From a bacterium (GTDB lineage Bacteria; Hinthialibacterota; Hinthialibacteria; Hinthialibacterales; Hinthialibacteraceae), in the NCBI GenBank assembly GCA_963663405.2, contig CAXXSM010000142.1, positions 61,759 to 125,758 on the forward strand: 64,000 nucleotides of DNA. The letters are read 5' to 3'. This document shows positions 9,469 through 19,344 of the stretch, piece by piece. Made by a program: the position numbers and the translations under genes. The stretch's first letter is position 1. The number at the start of each line of letters is the position of its first letter. The notes below the pieces were generated by a model. It was not told the origin of the DNA. It made no database searches and was given only the letters and a program-made list of their open reading frames with translations.

Positions 9469-11124
9469 ATGATACATCCATCGCTTCCGTTTCTAATCAA
9501 GTTGCAAAGAAAAAGCCAATTTCGCCGGGCGCTCCGTAGTCTGAAGACGTGGCGGGGACGGATTTATTTCCTGATTGGGATTGCGGTGTTCGGCTTGTGG
9601 CTGGGACCACAGATCGTCCTAGCGTTTACAATGAATTCCGCAAAGACCTCCGCTCCTTATATTAACGCTTTTATGCCATTCGGACTCTTGTTTTTTTGTG
9701 TGATTTCTCTCATTAACGAGTTGATCGAAGCCGGGACCAAAGCCATTTCATTTACCGGCGGTGAAACGGAATTTCTCTTTCCCGGTCCCTTCAGTCGGCA
9801 AGATCTGTTGAAGTATAAAATCATAACTAGCATGACAAACCTACTTTTCGTTGCGCTATTCATTTCAATTTTTACCATGCGTTTTACCTATAGTTATCTG
9901 GCGTGTTATGTAGGTATTTTTTTAACGTTGCTTTTTACTCTTTTTTTCAGCTTGATCGTGGCCTTTATCAGGGTGATCTTGATCGAACACGCATATACAC
10001 CTTCCCGGAAAAGAGTAATGTCTATTGCCGGGATCATTCTGCTTATCATTTTATGGAAAGGCGCCAACTGGACCTATGCCTGGGATCTGATCGCTGCCGG
10101 TAAACCGTTGGCCGTGGCGGAAGCGATCCGTGAGACTTGGGCCGGTACAATCCTACTTGCCCCATTCGATGTTTTCGTACGTGTCATCTTGGCGAAATCG
10201 CTGTTTACGGATTTCCTCATGTGGGGATCGGCCGCTGTTGGAATCAATCTTTTTTTTCTTTTCATAATCTTTAGATTGGACGCCAATTACCTTGAAACAG
10301 CCATGGCTATTTCGGAAAAAACGTATGCCAGACAGCAGCGGATGAGACGCGGCAGCGCGCCAATCAGTACATCAAAAAAAACGGCTACGTGGAGCCCGCC
10401 ATCGCTGCCATGGCTCAACGGCGCAGGCCCGATTCTCTGGCGGCAGCTGACCGGGGCCATGCGATGCGCAAGAGGGATGCTGGTTCTGGTGGTTTTTATC
10501 TGCATCGCTCTTGGATCGACTGTGTTTTCGGGTGGATTATCCGGTGAGACTGTTTTATTTGTTCTCATCATCACTGCGATATATAGCATTTTCTTCACTC
10601 AATTGTTTCCCTTCGATTTTCGCAGCGATATCGACCGAATGGAATGGTTGAAAATGCTTCCCATCGGTTCGATGCCTATTGTGATCGGGCAGGTATTTAC
10701 CCCGGTAATCATGGTGTCGATTCTACATTTTTTCCTCTTCGGAGGCCTCTTATTCGCCGTAGATGAAAACCAGACGCTGCTTTATATAGGGATGGCGCTC
10801 GCCCCGTCGTATAACCTGTTATTGTTCGGATTTGAAAACTTGATTTTCCTTCTGTTTCCCATCCGAGTAGTTAAGACCACTCCTGGTGATTTTCATGGAT
10901 TCGGACGAATTATGGTTGTCTTTTTCTTGAAATTCTTAGTCATCGGTGGAATTCTTGGTGGGATCATCGGTATCGGCATTGGCGGTTACTATTTCTTGGG
11001 CAAACATATTGCCGTTTTCATCACGATTTCCTGGACGTTGCTAACTTGTTGCGGAATCGCCGTACTCCCCTTTATCGCATGGGCGTTTGAGAAATTCGAT
11101 CCTAGTGTCGATACACCGGCATAA
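9469..11124 (+). CDS. Putative ABC exporter permease
   Basis: About a dozen hydrophobic segments; starts 2 nt after the ATPase gene. Confidence 0.85.
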   Translation: MIHPSLPFLIKLQRKSQFRRALRSLKTWRGRIYFLIGIAVFGLWLGPQIVLAFTMNSAKTSAPYINAFMPFGLLFFCVISLINELIEAGTKAISFTGGETEFLFPGPFSRQDLLKYKIITSMTNLLFVALFISIFTMRFTYSYLACYVGIFLTLLFTLFFSLIVAFIRVILIEHAYTPSRKRVMSIAGIILLIILWKGANWTYAWDLIAAGKPLAVAEAIRETWAGTILLAPFDVFVRVILAKSLFTDFLMWGSAAVGINLFFLFIIFRLDANYLETAMAISEKTYARQQRMRRGSAPISTSKKTATWSPPSLPWLNGAGPILWRQLTGAMRCARGMLVLVVFICIALGSTVFSGGLSGETVLFVLIITAIYSIFFTQLFPFDFRSDIDRMEWLKMLPIGSMPIVIGQVFTPVIMVSILHFFLFGGLLFAVDENQTLLYIGMALAPSYNLLLFGFENLIFLLFPIRVVKTTPGDFHGFGRIMVVFFLKFLVIGGILGGIIGIGIGGYYFLGKHIAVFITISWTLLTCCGIAVLPFIAWAFEKFDPSVDTPA

Positions 11125-11457
11125 ACGATGATTCATCCCGCGCTTCAATTTTTAATACCGATTTTACAATATTAACGGACTTGCGGCTTGAATCAACTTC
11201 ATGGGCTCCCACTTTTCCGGTTATATTCCACTGGAAAAAGAAAAACAATCAACTCTCCATTTCACAAGCACTTAGCAGTGATCCCATATGAACCTGTCAA
11301 CCGATAATCGGGCCACTCACAACTACTTGACTATGCGGAGATTCATATAATTATTCTATAATAGATAAGGATTTTTATGTCGCGTTAATCGGCTTAAATA
11401 TCTTATTATACGAAGTGAGTAAGGAGCGATTTACTGAACAGGATAGGATTACACGGA

Positions 11458-13506
11458 ATGAAAAAACGGATTCTTTATCCTTTTTCAGCCATCGTAGGTC
11501 AGGAAACAATGAAAACCGCTTTACTCTTGAATGCGGTGGATCCAACTATTGGTGGCGCCTTGATACAAGGCCAGAAGGGAACAGGAAAATCCACTGCGGT
11601 TCGCGCCTTGGCTCAACTCCTGCCGGAAATCGAGATCGTGGAAGGATGTTCGTTTCACTGTTCGCCGGATGATCCTGACCTGATGCATGAAAACTGCTTG
11701 CGGCGATTCAATCAGGGGGAACAACTCTCTCGCCGAAAACGCTCCATGCCGATGGTGGAATTTCCCCTGAGCGCAACGGAAGATCGTGTTGTCGGCTCCT
11801 TGCATGTAGAACATGCGCTGCAAACAGGCGAACGGCATTTTGAACCGGGTCTTTTGGCGTCCGCAAACCGGGGAATTCTTTATGTGGATGAAGTCAATCT
11901 ATTGGATGATCACCTGGTGGATATTCTTTTGGATACAGCGGCTTCAGGAATCAATGTAGTGGAAAGGGAAGGAATTTCTTTTTCCCATCCGGCCAAATTT
12001 ATTTTACTGGGAACAATGAATCCTGAAGAAGGAGACCTACGCCCCCAATTTTTGGATCGTTTTGGACTCTGCGTTACCATCAAAGGTCTTAGCGATGAAA
12101 GCCAACGACGGGAAATCGTAATACGGAGAATCGCTTTTGAACGAAATCCTGACTCATTCCAAGAACAATGGGCTGAAAGCGAAGTTTTTCTTTCCCGGCA
12201 AATTGATAACGCTCGCGAAAGGCTTTCATCTATCCAACTGCCGGATAGGGAAATCGATCGAGCAGTACGAATCGCTTTGAATTTGGACGCACAAGGCCAT
12301 CGCGCGGATATCGCTATTTTGAAAACGGCTCGAGCGTTGGCTGCATTTATGGAAAAAAGCGCAGTTACCAAAGAAGAGATCTGGGAAGCGGCTCGATTTG
12401 TAATGCCGCATCGAATGAACTCTTCGCCTTTGGATACTCCCGAATCTCTACAAGAACGATTATCTCGCGCCTTGACTTCATCTAATGATGAAGAGCCCTT
12501 GAACGAGCAGGAAATTTCATCGGATCTCCATGAGATGGAATGGGATATGGAAGAGGCTATGCAAGTCCCCGGATCAGCGGCGGCGGGTAGTATCGTATTC
12601 TCTTTTCTAAAAAAAAAAACGGATGAAAAACTGTTCGATCCCGATGAATTGATTCCTCCATCTGACTTGGAATGGAACGCCAAAAGAATAGGAGCCTTTC
12701 AACCCGGCCGGCGCAAACGAACACATACATCCAGCCGCGCTGGAAGATATAGATTTTCCCGGCCAATCCAAAAAGGCGAAAAACATTTCGATGTGGCGAT
12801 CGACGCCACATTACGCGCCGCTGTAATGCGAAAAACTCGCATTTCCGGCTCCTTTTTACAATCCCCCTTGATCCTAGCCTCCGATTTACGGAAGAAAATT
12901 CGTCAACAACAACGGAATTCACTTATTGTTTTTGTGGTGGACGCCTCGGATTCCATGAGCAGTCATTCCCGCATGGCCGTAGCCAAAGGAGCCGCTCTGG
13001 TCCTCCTATCAAAAGCGTATCGAAATCGAGATCGAATCGCGATGGTTGGGTTTGAAGGAGATAATGCGGAAATCATTCTTCATCCGACTGCTAGCGTGAT
13101 CATGGCGCAAGATCGTCTACGACGTTTGCCCACAGGAGGAGCCACTCCATTTGCGGATGGATTGTTGAAAGCTTGGCGTTTAATTCAATCAGAACGATGG
13201 AAGAATCCCTATATCGATCCGCAAATGGTTATTTTGTCGGATGGAGAAGCCAACGTACCATTGAAACCAGGCTATGCGGTGTTCAAAGAACTGTATTCAT
13301 TGGCCAGGAAAATCAGTCTTGATCGCATTCGATCGATCGTGATAGACACACAAGCGGAGTATACCCAGAACAAAGAAATGCGAAAACTGGCTGATAGTCT
13401 ACAGGCATCCTATCATCACATCAAACAATGGCGGATTTCTAATGTGCTTAACGCGATTCAGTCTATGGATATCAGGGGCAGATCGGACCATCTTTCAAAA
13501 CATTGA
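11458..13506 (+). CDS. Magnesium/cobalt chelatase ChlD/BchD-like subunit (AAA+ ChlI domain plus C-terminal vWA)
   Basis: YPFSAIVGQE, GQKGTGKST, LYVDEVNLL, MNPEEGDLRPQFLDRFG; vWA MIDAS FVVDASDSM, GGATP, LSDGEAN. Confidence 0.92.
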   Translation: MKKRILYPFSAIVGQETMKTALLLNAVDPTIGGALIQGQKGTGKSTAVRALAQLLPEIEIVEGCSFHCSPDDPDLMHENCLRRFNQGEQLSRRKRSMPMVEFPLSATEDRVVGSLHVEHALQTGERHFEPGLLASANRGILYVDEVNLLDDHLVDILLDTAASGINVVEREGISFSHPAKFILLGTMNPEEGDLRPQFLDRFGLCVTIKGLSDESQRREIVIRRIAFERNPDSFQEQWAESEVFLSRQIDNARERLSSIQLPDREIDRAVRIALNLDAQGHRADIAILKTARALAAFMEKSAVTKEEIWEAARFVMPHRMNSSPLDTPESLQERLSRALTSSNDEEPLNEQEISSDLHEMEWDMEEAMQVPGSAAAGSIVFSFLKKKTDEKLFDPDELIPPSDLEWNAKRIGAFQPGRRKRTHTSSRAGRYRFSRPIQKGEKHFDVAIDATLRAAVMRKTRISGSFLQSPLILASDLRKKIRQQQRNSLIVFVVDASDSMSSHSRMAVAKGAALVLLSKAYRNRDRIAMVGFEGDNAEIILHPTASVIMAQDRLRRLPTGGATPFADGLLKAWRLIQSERWKNPYIDPQMVILSDGEANVPLKPGYAVFKELYSLARKISLDRIRSIVIDTQAEYTQNKEMRKLADSLQASYHHIKQWRISNVLNAIQSMDIRGRSDHLSKH

Positions 13507-13606
13507 CTTTGCTGTGCTTAATCCGTATCGCGGAATTTCACTATCTTGACCGATTGAGAGCATGATGGAGATATGCGAAGCGGTGATGATCCTCAAGCAG
13601 AAATTC
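13467..13606 (+). repeat. Dispersed degenerate repeat, copy 2
   Basis: GGATATCAGGGGCAGATCGGACCATCTTTCAAAACATTGA...GATCCTCAAGCAGAAATTC; overlaps the last codons of the chelatase gene. Confidence 0.7.
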
Positions 13607-13989
13607 ATTACCTTAAACACCCTGGATCAGGCGCTTGGTGAATTCGTCTCACCGATGCGCTTGATTTTTGTAAATCTCGACCGGATATGAAGGTTGATGA
13701 CTTGGATAATGAATACTATTTTCTTCTCGTAGTGGAAGCAAACGGGCAGAACTATATCCCAATCAAAGACAAGCATCGAGATATATTTTCGGGAATAGAC
13801 GTTGTCTATCATCACGGCGATTATCCAAAAATCGTTTGTATTTCTAATATGCGGGAGATTCTACAATCAACATTGGCGGTTTGTAGGGAAAGAACGATTA
13901 GCGAGTGAAAAAGAATTTCCACCTTTATTACGCGTTCTCATAGTAACAATGTTTCCACGATTATAAGTAGTTGAATCTTCCCATAACTG

Positions 13990-16816
13990 TCATGGTTTTC
14001 CCTTTATTGGCTCGCCCCAGTTAATCATTGTAATTTGCGCGCGGGCGCTTGGTTGTAGTTGATTCTCCCATTCGAATTGAATCTGATTCATCCCGTGATT
14101 CATCTCAGGTATATCACCCTCCGGTTTGATTTCTCGGATCAAGGCGCCATCTTGACCGTGAAAGTCTGCAGTCTGACATGGAATAAAATTCCAGGTATTG
14201 ACCGGATTCCATTTCAACAGGGGAAAACAATTTTCTTTCCATCGATGGTAAGAGTAGGTCTTTTCAGTTGAAATGGTCACTAATGGCAATGCTTTCACAG
14301 GTCCTATCCTACAATTTACATGTTTGTCAATGGAATATTGTTGAGCCATAGATCAAATGTTCCTAAATGATTGTAATTAACACGCTCACGGTACATCGAG
14401 TACATCGATCCATACGGCCATTTAAAACTGGCTATAGCGCACGGATTCTGTCTCGATCAATTCTACATACCGCCAGCCGGTGAAATTGACATCCACATAG
14501 TGATCACCAATCCCGTGGCTGATATGATCGGGGCTTCGCAGCTGAAAATTCAGAATTTCTCCCTGTCCATCGCCATGAATCCAGGCGCCAATAGCTTTTT
14601 CTTCATGGAGATTCAACGGAGATTGAAAGGTTTTTTCCTATTCTTGACCAGGCCGCCTTTGCGTCTTTCTGACCTTCATTGTGCACGGTCACATGAAGGC
14701 TATTTTCATTGTATTTCGTATCACTCTTCGTTATTTCAGACGTCATCTGCACACCATTCGCAGTCGTCGAATCGAGGGATTCTTCCTCATTCGTATAATC
14801 CAGTAGAATGACACTTTCTTCGGAATCATAAGGCGCCGCTGACATAAGGATTTCAATACGCGCTTTCAACGGTTGTGTTTGAAATGGATTTGTAGCAGCC
14901 CCAGATGTAAGCGCCGTGTTGATTGGTTTCCATTTTATGCTTATCGTAATGCGCTCGATAAAACCGGCTTTCCCCATCCGGCTCTTTCACGAGCGTAAAT
15001 TCATCCCATGGAACACGCAGTTTTTCTTTGACGCGTTCGTCAAAATAGTTGGAATGGCGAAGCGATTCGTATTGGCGCATAATATCGGCGGGACGTTGAT
15101 AGGCGGGATTGGCTATGTTGCCCGGATTGATTCCCATAATGGAAAATCCCACATCATATCCAATACACTTGCAGCAAAGATATTCGATGTCGTCCGTGAA
15201 TGTCGGTTCCCCTTGGATGCCGGTCCATGTCTTGATCGCCCACCATCCCAAATGTCCAGGAAGAAACATCCGCCGTAGGAGATTGGTTGGCCTCGCAGTG
15301 AATGTCAATGAACCGCTTATGTCCCCGTGTTGGATGATCCCACGCGCCCATGCGGGAACGGACATACCAGAGGTGATGATGAAACGTGCTCATTTCCATC
15401 AGCGCCGGCTTGTTGAGACGGGAAACCAACTCGAATACAAATTTGGAGCCATAATGCCAACCGTTTTCCGCGCCGCCGAGTATGTCCTCTCCATCCAGAG
15501 CGTCCAGGTAGATCATATCAAAACCGCATTCGTTGTACATTTCGGCGTTTCGCGCCGCCACTTCGGTAAGCAGTGTGGAATCCGCATCAGGAACAAACAA
15601 ACCAAAACACTCTTTGAGATGATGGACTTTGGAATCTGCCGTGTGGATGGATTTTTGTGTCCCATAGGCGCCCCGTTCGCAGTCAAGAAATGCGAAGGGA
15701 GGTTCTCTTGTTGATATTCTTATAAATGATCAGCTCATCATCAATTTGGAGGGTGACCACTATTGCGCACAAAAAAGCCAGTAGTTGTTGACATACTCCT
15801 TTGTTGATTCAAGCACAGGAATATGTGTAGCGTCCAATGGCAAGTCATGCGCTAATGTAAGTGTTTTATCTTTCGCCAATCGGGAATCTGGAACGGGCGT
15901 CACCCAGGGGCATTTTTTATCAATAAAAAACGCGTAGGTATGTAAACCAGCGTAGATCCCCGCTTCGTGCAATTTATCAATAACCGCCTTTAGACTTTTT
16001 CGGCCTTGGGGATATGTTTTTGGATTGGGTTCGCAATCGCCAAACCGGAAGGACCGGCCTCCATGAAAGTCGATCTGGTTGATCCCAAGGCGTTTCGCTA
16101 AAGTAATCCATCTCGTCTACCGCCTCTTCGGAAAGATCACTGAAATTGAACAGGTATGAGCCTTGATTGATCGTTGCGTCCATCGCCCAGGGACCACCGA
16201 TTGGAAGAGTGGGGCAACTCTTTACTCTGACTGACAACCGCTTGCATGATCGGCCGTAATTGATCGTGAGGACAGCCAATCAAGGCCATCTCAGCGCCTT
16301 CCATCCCGAATCGTGGATAGCAAATCGCGTGGACTCGTTCGTTGGCCTGCGGCAATTCCGGCACATTGGTTTGAAGATTCAGCGCTAATTGCGCAGCCTG
16401 CGAATGTTCCGGAATTCAACGCGAGATCAATAAACGTTAGTGAATCGATTCCTTCCCCCTTTATCGTCTTAACTCGAAAAAAGGAAGTATCTTTCACATT
16501 GCGTCACTTGGATCGCTGCGCTTACATCCGCAGGACCGAAATCGATGGTTAGAGTCTTCCCGTCAAAAGAGATCGCTTTCGCTCCGTAGGTTTGACCGTT
16601 CTTTTGCACGGAAGCGCACGTGGGAACGGAATCCTGATGGCAAAAGTCTTCACCTGTCCGTCGATCCATAAAATGTAAATTGCGCCCATCTTCCGAAATG
16701 ACATAGCGGACATAGTCGTTCTCAAACGTTATGGTCTCCGCGCTTGAAATCATAGATGCAAAGATACAAATAAATCCAGTTAATAAACTAACTTTTTCTC
16801 TTCTTAATCTTTTCAT
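13990..16816 (-). pseudogene. Large secreted glycoside-hydrolase-like protein split by many frameshifts (pseudogene or indel errors)
   Basis: About ten consecutive minus-strand ORF fragments read as one protein: signal peptide, HEAGIYAGLHTYAFFI, GFDMIYLDALDG, PGHLGWW, DVNFTGWRYVEL. Confidence 0.75.
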
Positions 16817-16833
16817 TTTTTTTTCTCACAAAT

Positions 16834-18327
16834 TTATTGAATCCAAATCGCGAATACTCTCGCGTTTTTCAATGTGATTCGCAATTGGATTGGAGTATTG
16901 ATATCGTTAAGATTCCCTTGCTCCCATTCCACAAGGATGTCTACACGATCCGAACGAATTGGTTTTGATTTAGCAATACAATCGCCGCTGGGATTGAATG
17001 CTTCAATAGTAATCTCACCAAAATCTGATTTTGCATTGATATGCAAATCATCGCCATGTAAGGTTAGTGGTTTTGTCACTATTTTTCCACTATCAAAAGA
17101 AGCGGAGAGTGAAACGAAACGATCCCGCTTGATCGCGGCAAAACCAATACCTCCACCCGATTCCCCCTTATCCTTTCCATGGTAGGGACTGTGGCGATAC
17201 GTTCGACCGCTGTAGTAGAACCGTAATTTGTCGCCATCTTCAATAGGAGGATTATTGGCCACGGACGTGTTGAAACGATCCCATTCGCCAACTGGTCCTA
17301 GAGGTATAAACGGCTTCCGGTTCCCAACTCGCTGGAAAGTCACACCGTCACGGCTTACCGCAAGTTGGATGTCAAGAGAACAAGCGTCCGGCTGATTATG
17401 GAAGACTTGAACCAAACCGATAGTAACGCTCCCGTAGGGGAACACATGCATCGAATAAATCTCCGTTCCCGGTGGATCATGAATGTCGGGAGCCATAGCG
17501 ATAGGCGCTTGGCCTGGATCTTTGATTTTCCAATTTAAGAAATCGCTGGATTCCACACGAGCAGACGCGCGGCCCCAGAAATAGCGATCGACCCAGTCAT
17601 TCTTCGGCCATGCGTCCAGAAGGCCGGGAGGAACAAATTTCGTTCTGCCAAAGAGAACGTGACATTGCATTCTTGGATCAAACATCCAATATGTTCCCCC
17701 ATCGCAAATGGCCTCTGTCGCCCAATTGTCATGAAGCCGCCAATGAATTCCATCCGCGCTAAGCGCCACGCCGAATCCACGCTGGCTTCCCCGGTGATAC
17801 GGATCTTCACGAGGGCCTTTGTAATCCCGTTGTATGCTCAAGAATCCCATTTTGTACCGGCTCAAAGGATCGAGTTCACGAGAATCTTTAAACACGCCAA
17901 ACAGTTCGTAAAAGAATGGAATATTGTTGGCTTCCCCCTCTTTCGCGTTACGTGAAATCACAATGTTGGTTGGACTATCATCGACCTCGACGATACCCAG
18001 CTGGGGTTTTTTCCATACGATTCCATCATCACTCTCCGCATAAAGCACACCTGGCGATCCATAGTACCACATCCGGTATGCGCCGTTGTCTTTGATTACG
18101 GAACCATAAAGAAGCGCGACATTCCCTTCCCAATCTTTGTCTGGCCAAAGGATTGGATTACTAGAATATTTTTCAGCCGGGTGAATCTCTCGTGTAATAT
18201 TTTCAGTTGATTCGATCAGGTAATCATCCAGAAACAATTGCTTTGTATCATTAAATACAATCGCAGAATCCTCGATTCCAGAAAGAAGGCAAAAAAAGAT
18301 AACCAATGGATATGACGCCATATTCAT
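16834..18327 (-). CDS. Secreted five-bladed beta-propeller glycoside-hydrolase-like protein (GH32/43/130-like fold)
   Basis: KQLFLDDYLIE, YAESDDGIVWKKP, QLAVSRDGVTFQR Asp-box-like repeats, RDRFVSL. Confidence 0.7.
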   Translation of the reverse strand: MNMASYPLVIFFCLLSGIEDSAIVFNDTKQLFLDDYLIESTENITREIHPAEKYSSNPILWPDKDWEGNVALLYGSVIKDNGAYRMWYYGSPGVLYAESDDGIVWKKPQLGIVEVDDSPTNIVISRNAKEGEANNIPFFYELFGVFKDSRELDPLSRYKMGFLSIQRDYKGPREDPYHRGSQRGFGVALSADGIHWRLHDNWATEAICDGGTYWMFDPRMQCHVLFGRTKFVPPGLLDAWPKNDWVDRYFWGRASARVESSDFLNWKIKDPGQAPIAMAPDIHDPPGTEIYSMHVFPYGSVTIGLVQVFHNQPDACSLDIQLAVSRDGVTFQRVGNRKPFIPLGPVGEWDRFNTSVANNPPIEDGDKLRFYYSGRTYRHSPYHGKDKGESGGGIGFAAIKRDRFVSLSASFDSGKIVTKPLTLHGDDLHINAKSDFGEITIEAFNPSGDCIAKSKPIRSDRVDILVEWEQGNLNDINTPIQLRITLKNARVFAIWIQ

Positions 18328-18752
18328 ACTCCCCCTTTGTTCCGATTATTCTTCACTTTCGATCTTCATTCGCTGTTGTTTCATCGATAAATCCATAGTA
18401 ACACGTGCGCCAGTAGGCGTCGATGAAGGAGGCGCCTCCTAATACGCGACGTGTATTCTGAGAGTTTCGTTGAATTCGTCCGTTCCGCATAGGTCTCCCC
18501 ATGTAAATCGATCGATCTCACGCGCTCGGAAACGTATGGTTAATGTTCGCAACACATACAACTCAATACGAGTCGTACGTTGATAGAGGAATGATATCTT
18601 GAGTTTCCGAAGAAATTGCTTGACAGACAATGATCGATGATGAGAAAATCAGACAAGAATTACGTATTCTGATTTCGATTAACGCTATCAACGCAACTTG
18701 GTTTCCTGCGATAAACGAAAACATGGTATGAAAGATTAGTGAGACTGAAACA

Positions 18753-19325
18753 ATGAGACACGGACGGGGATTCACGTTAATTGAATTATTGATTGTCGTT
18801 GCAATCATTGGGATCCTAGCGGCGATTGCGGTACCTAACTTTTTGAACGCCCAAATACGCGCCAAACTCGCCAAGACCGAAGCGGATATGAAGTCATTGG
18901 AAACGGCGATTGAGTCCTATAAAATCGATACCAATCAGTATATTGGCCCTTTTCAATTGTATCGGCTAACGGCTCCGCTTTCCTATATTAGTTCGATCCC
19001 AGAAGATCCGTTCGGCCCGATTATCGAAACGGATGTCGGTTATAACACCATCCTGAATGCTTATGGAATACCCATCAAGAAATTCTACATTTACCACGGA
19101 CCGCCAACCTTTGATACAAATCCAAAAATGATACGCCTCAATATCAAATGGGTGCTGACCGGCCTTGGACCTGATAAGGGATGGTTTGATGGTTCATCCC
19201 CGTCTTCATCTTACCCTCGCTATGACGCCTCCAACGGCTTGGTTTCTCGAGGCAATTTCGAACGAGTCGGCCCGGGGAACATTCCCCAAACGACTTTTCG
19301 CAGCGCGTGGGATAGCAGTCAATAA
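18753..19325 (+). CDS. Type II secretion/type IV pilin-like protein (prepilin N-methylation domain)
   Basis: GFTLIELLIVVAIIGILAAIAVPNF; GLGPD...YDASNGLVSRGN. Confidence 0.9.
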   Translation: MRHGRGFTLIELLIVVAIIGILAAIAVPNFLNAQIRAKLAKTEADMKSLETAIESYKIDTNQYIGPFQLYRLTAPLSYISSIPEDPFGPIIETDVGYNTILNAYGIPIKKFYIYHGPPTFDTNPKMIRLNIKWVLTGLGPDKGWFDGSSPSSSYPRYDASNGLVSRGNFERVGPGNIPQTTFRSAWDSSQ

Positions 19326-19344
19326 TAGAAAGGAGTAATAAGTT

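Noticed and set aside
11176-11457. Cobalamin riboswitch or sigma70 promoter upstream of the chelatase
   Set aside because: No recognisable B12-box; TTGACT and the two TATAAT boxes are spaced 13 and 24 nt, not about 17.
13620-13908. 73-aa ORF after the chelatase
   Set aside because: No recognisable motif or RBS; may be a gene remnant next to the repeat but cannot be supported.
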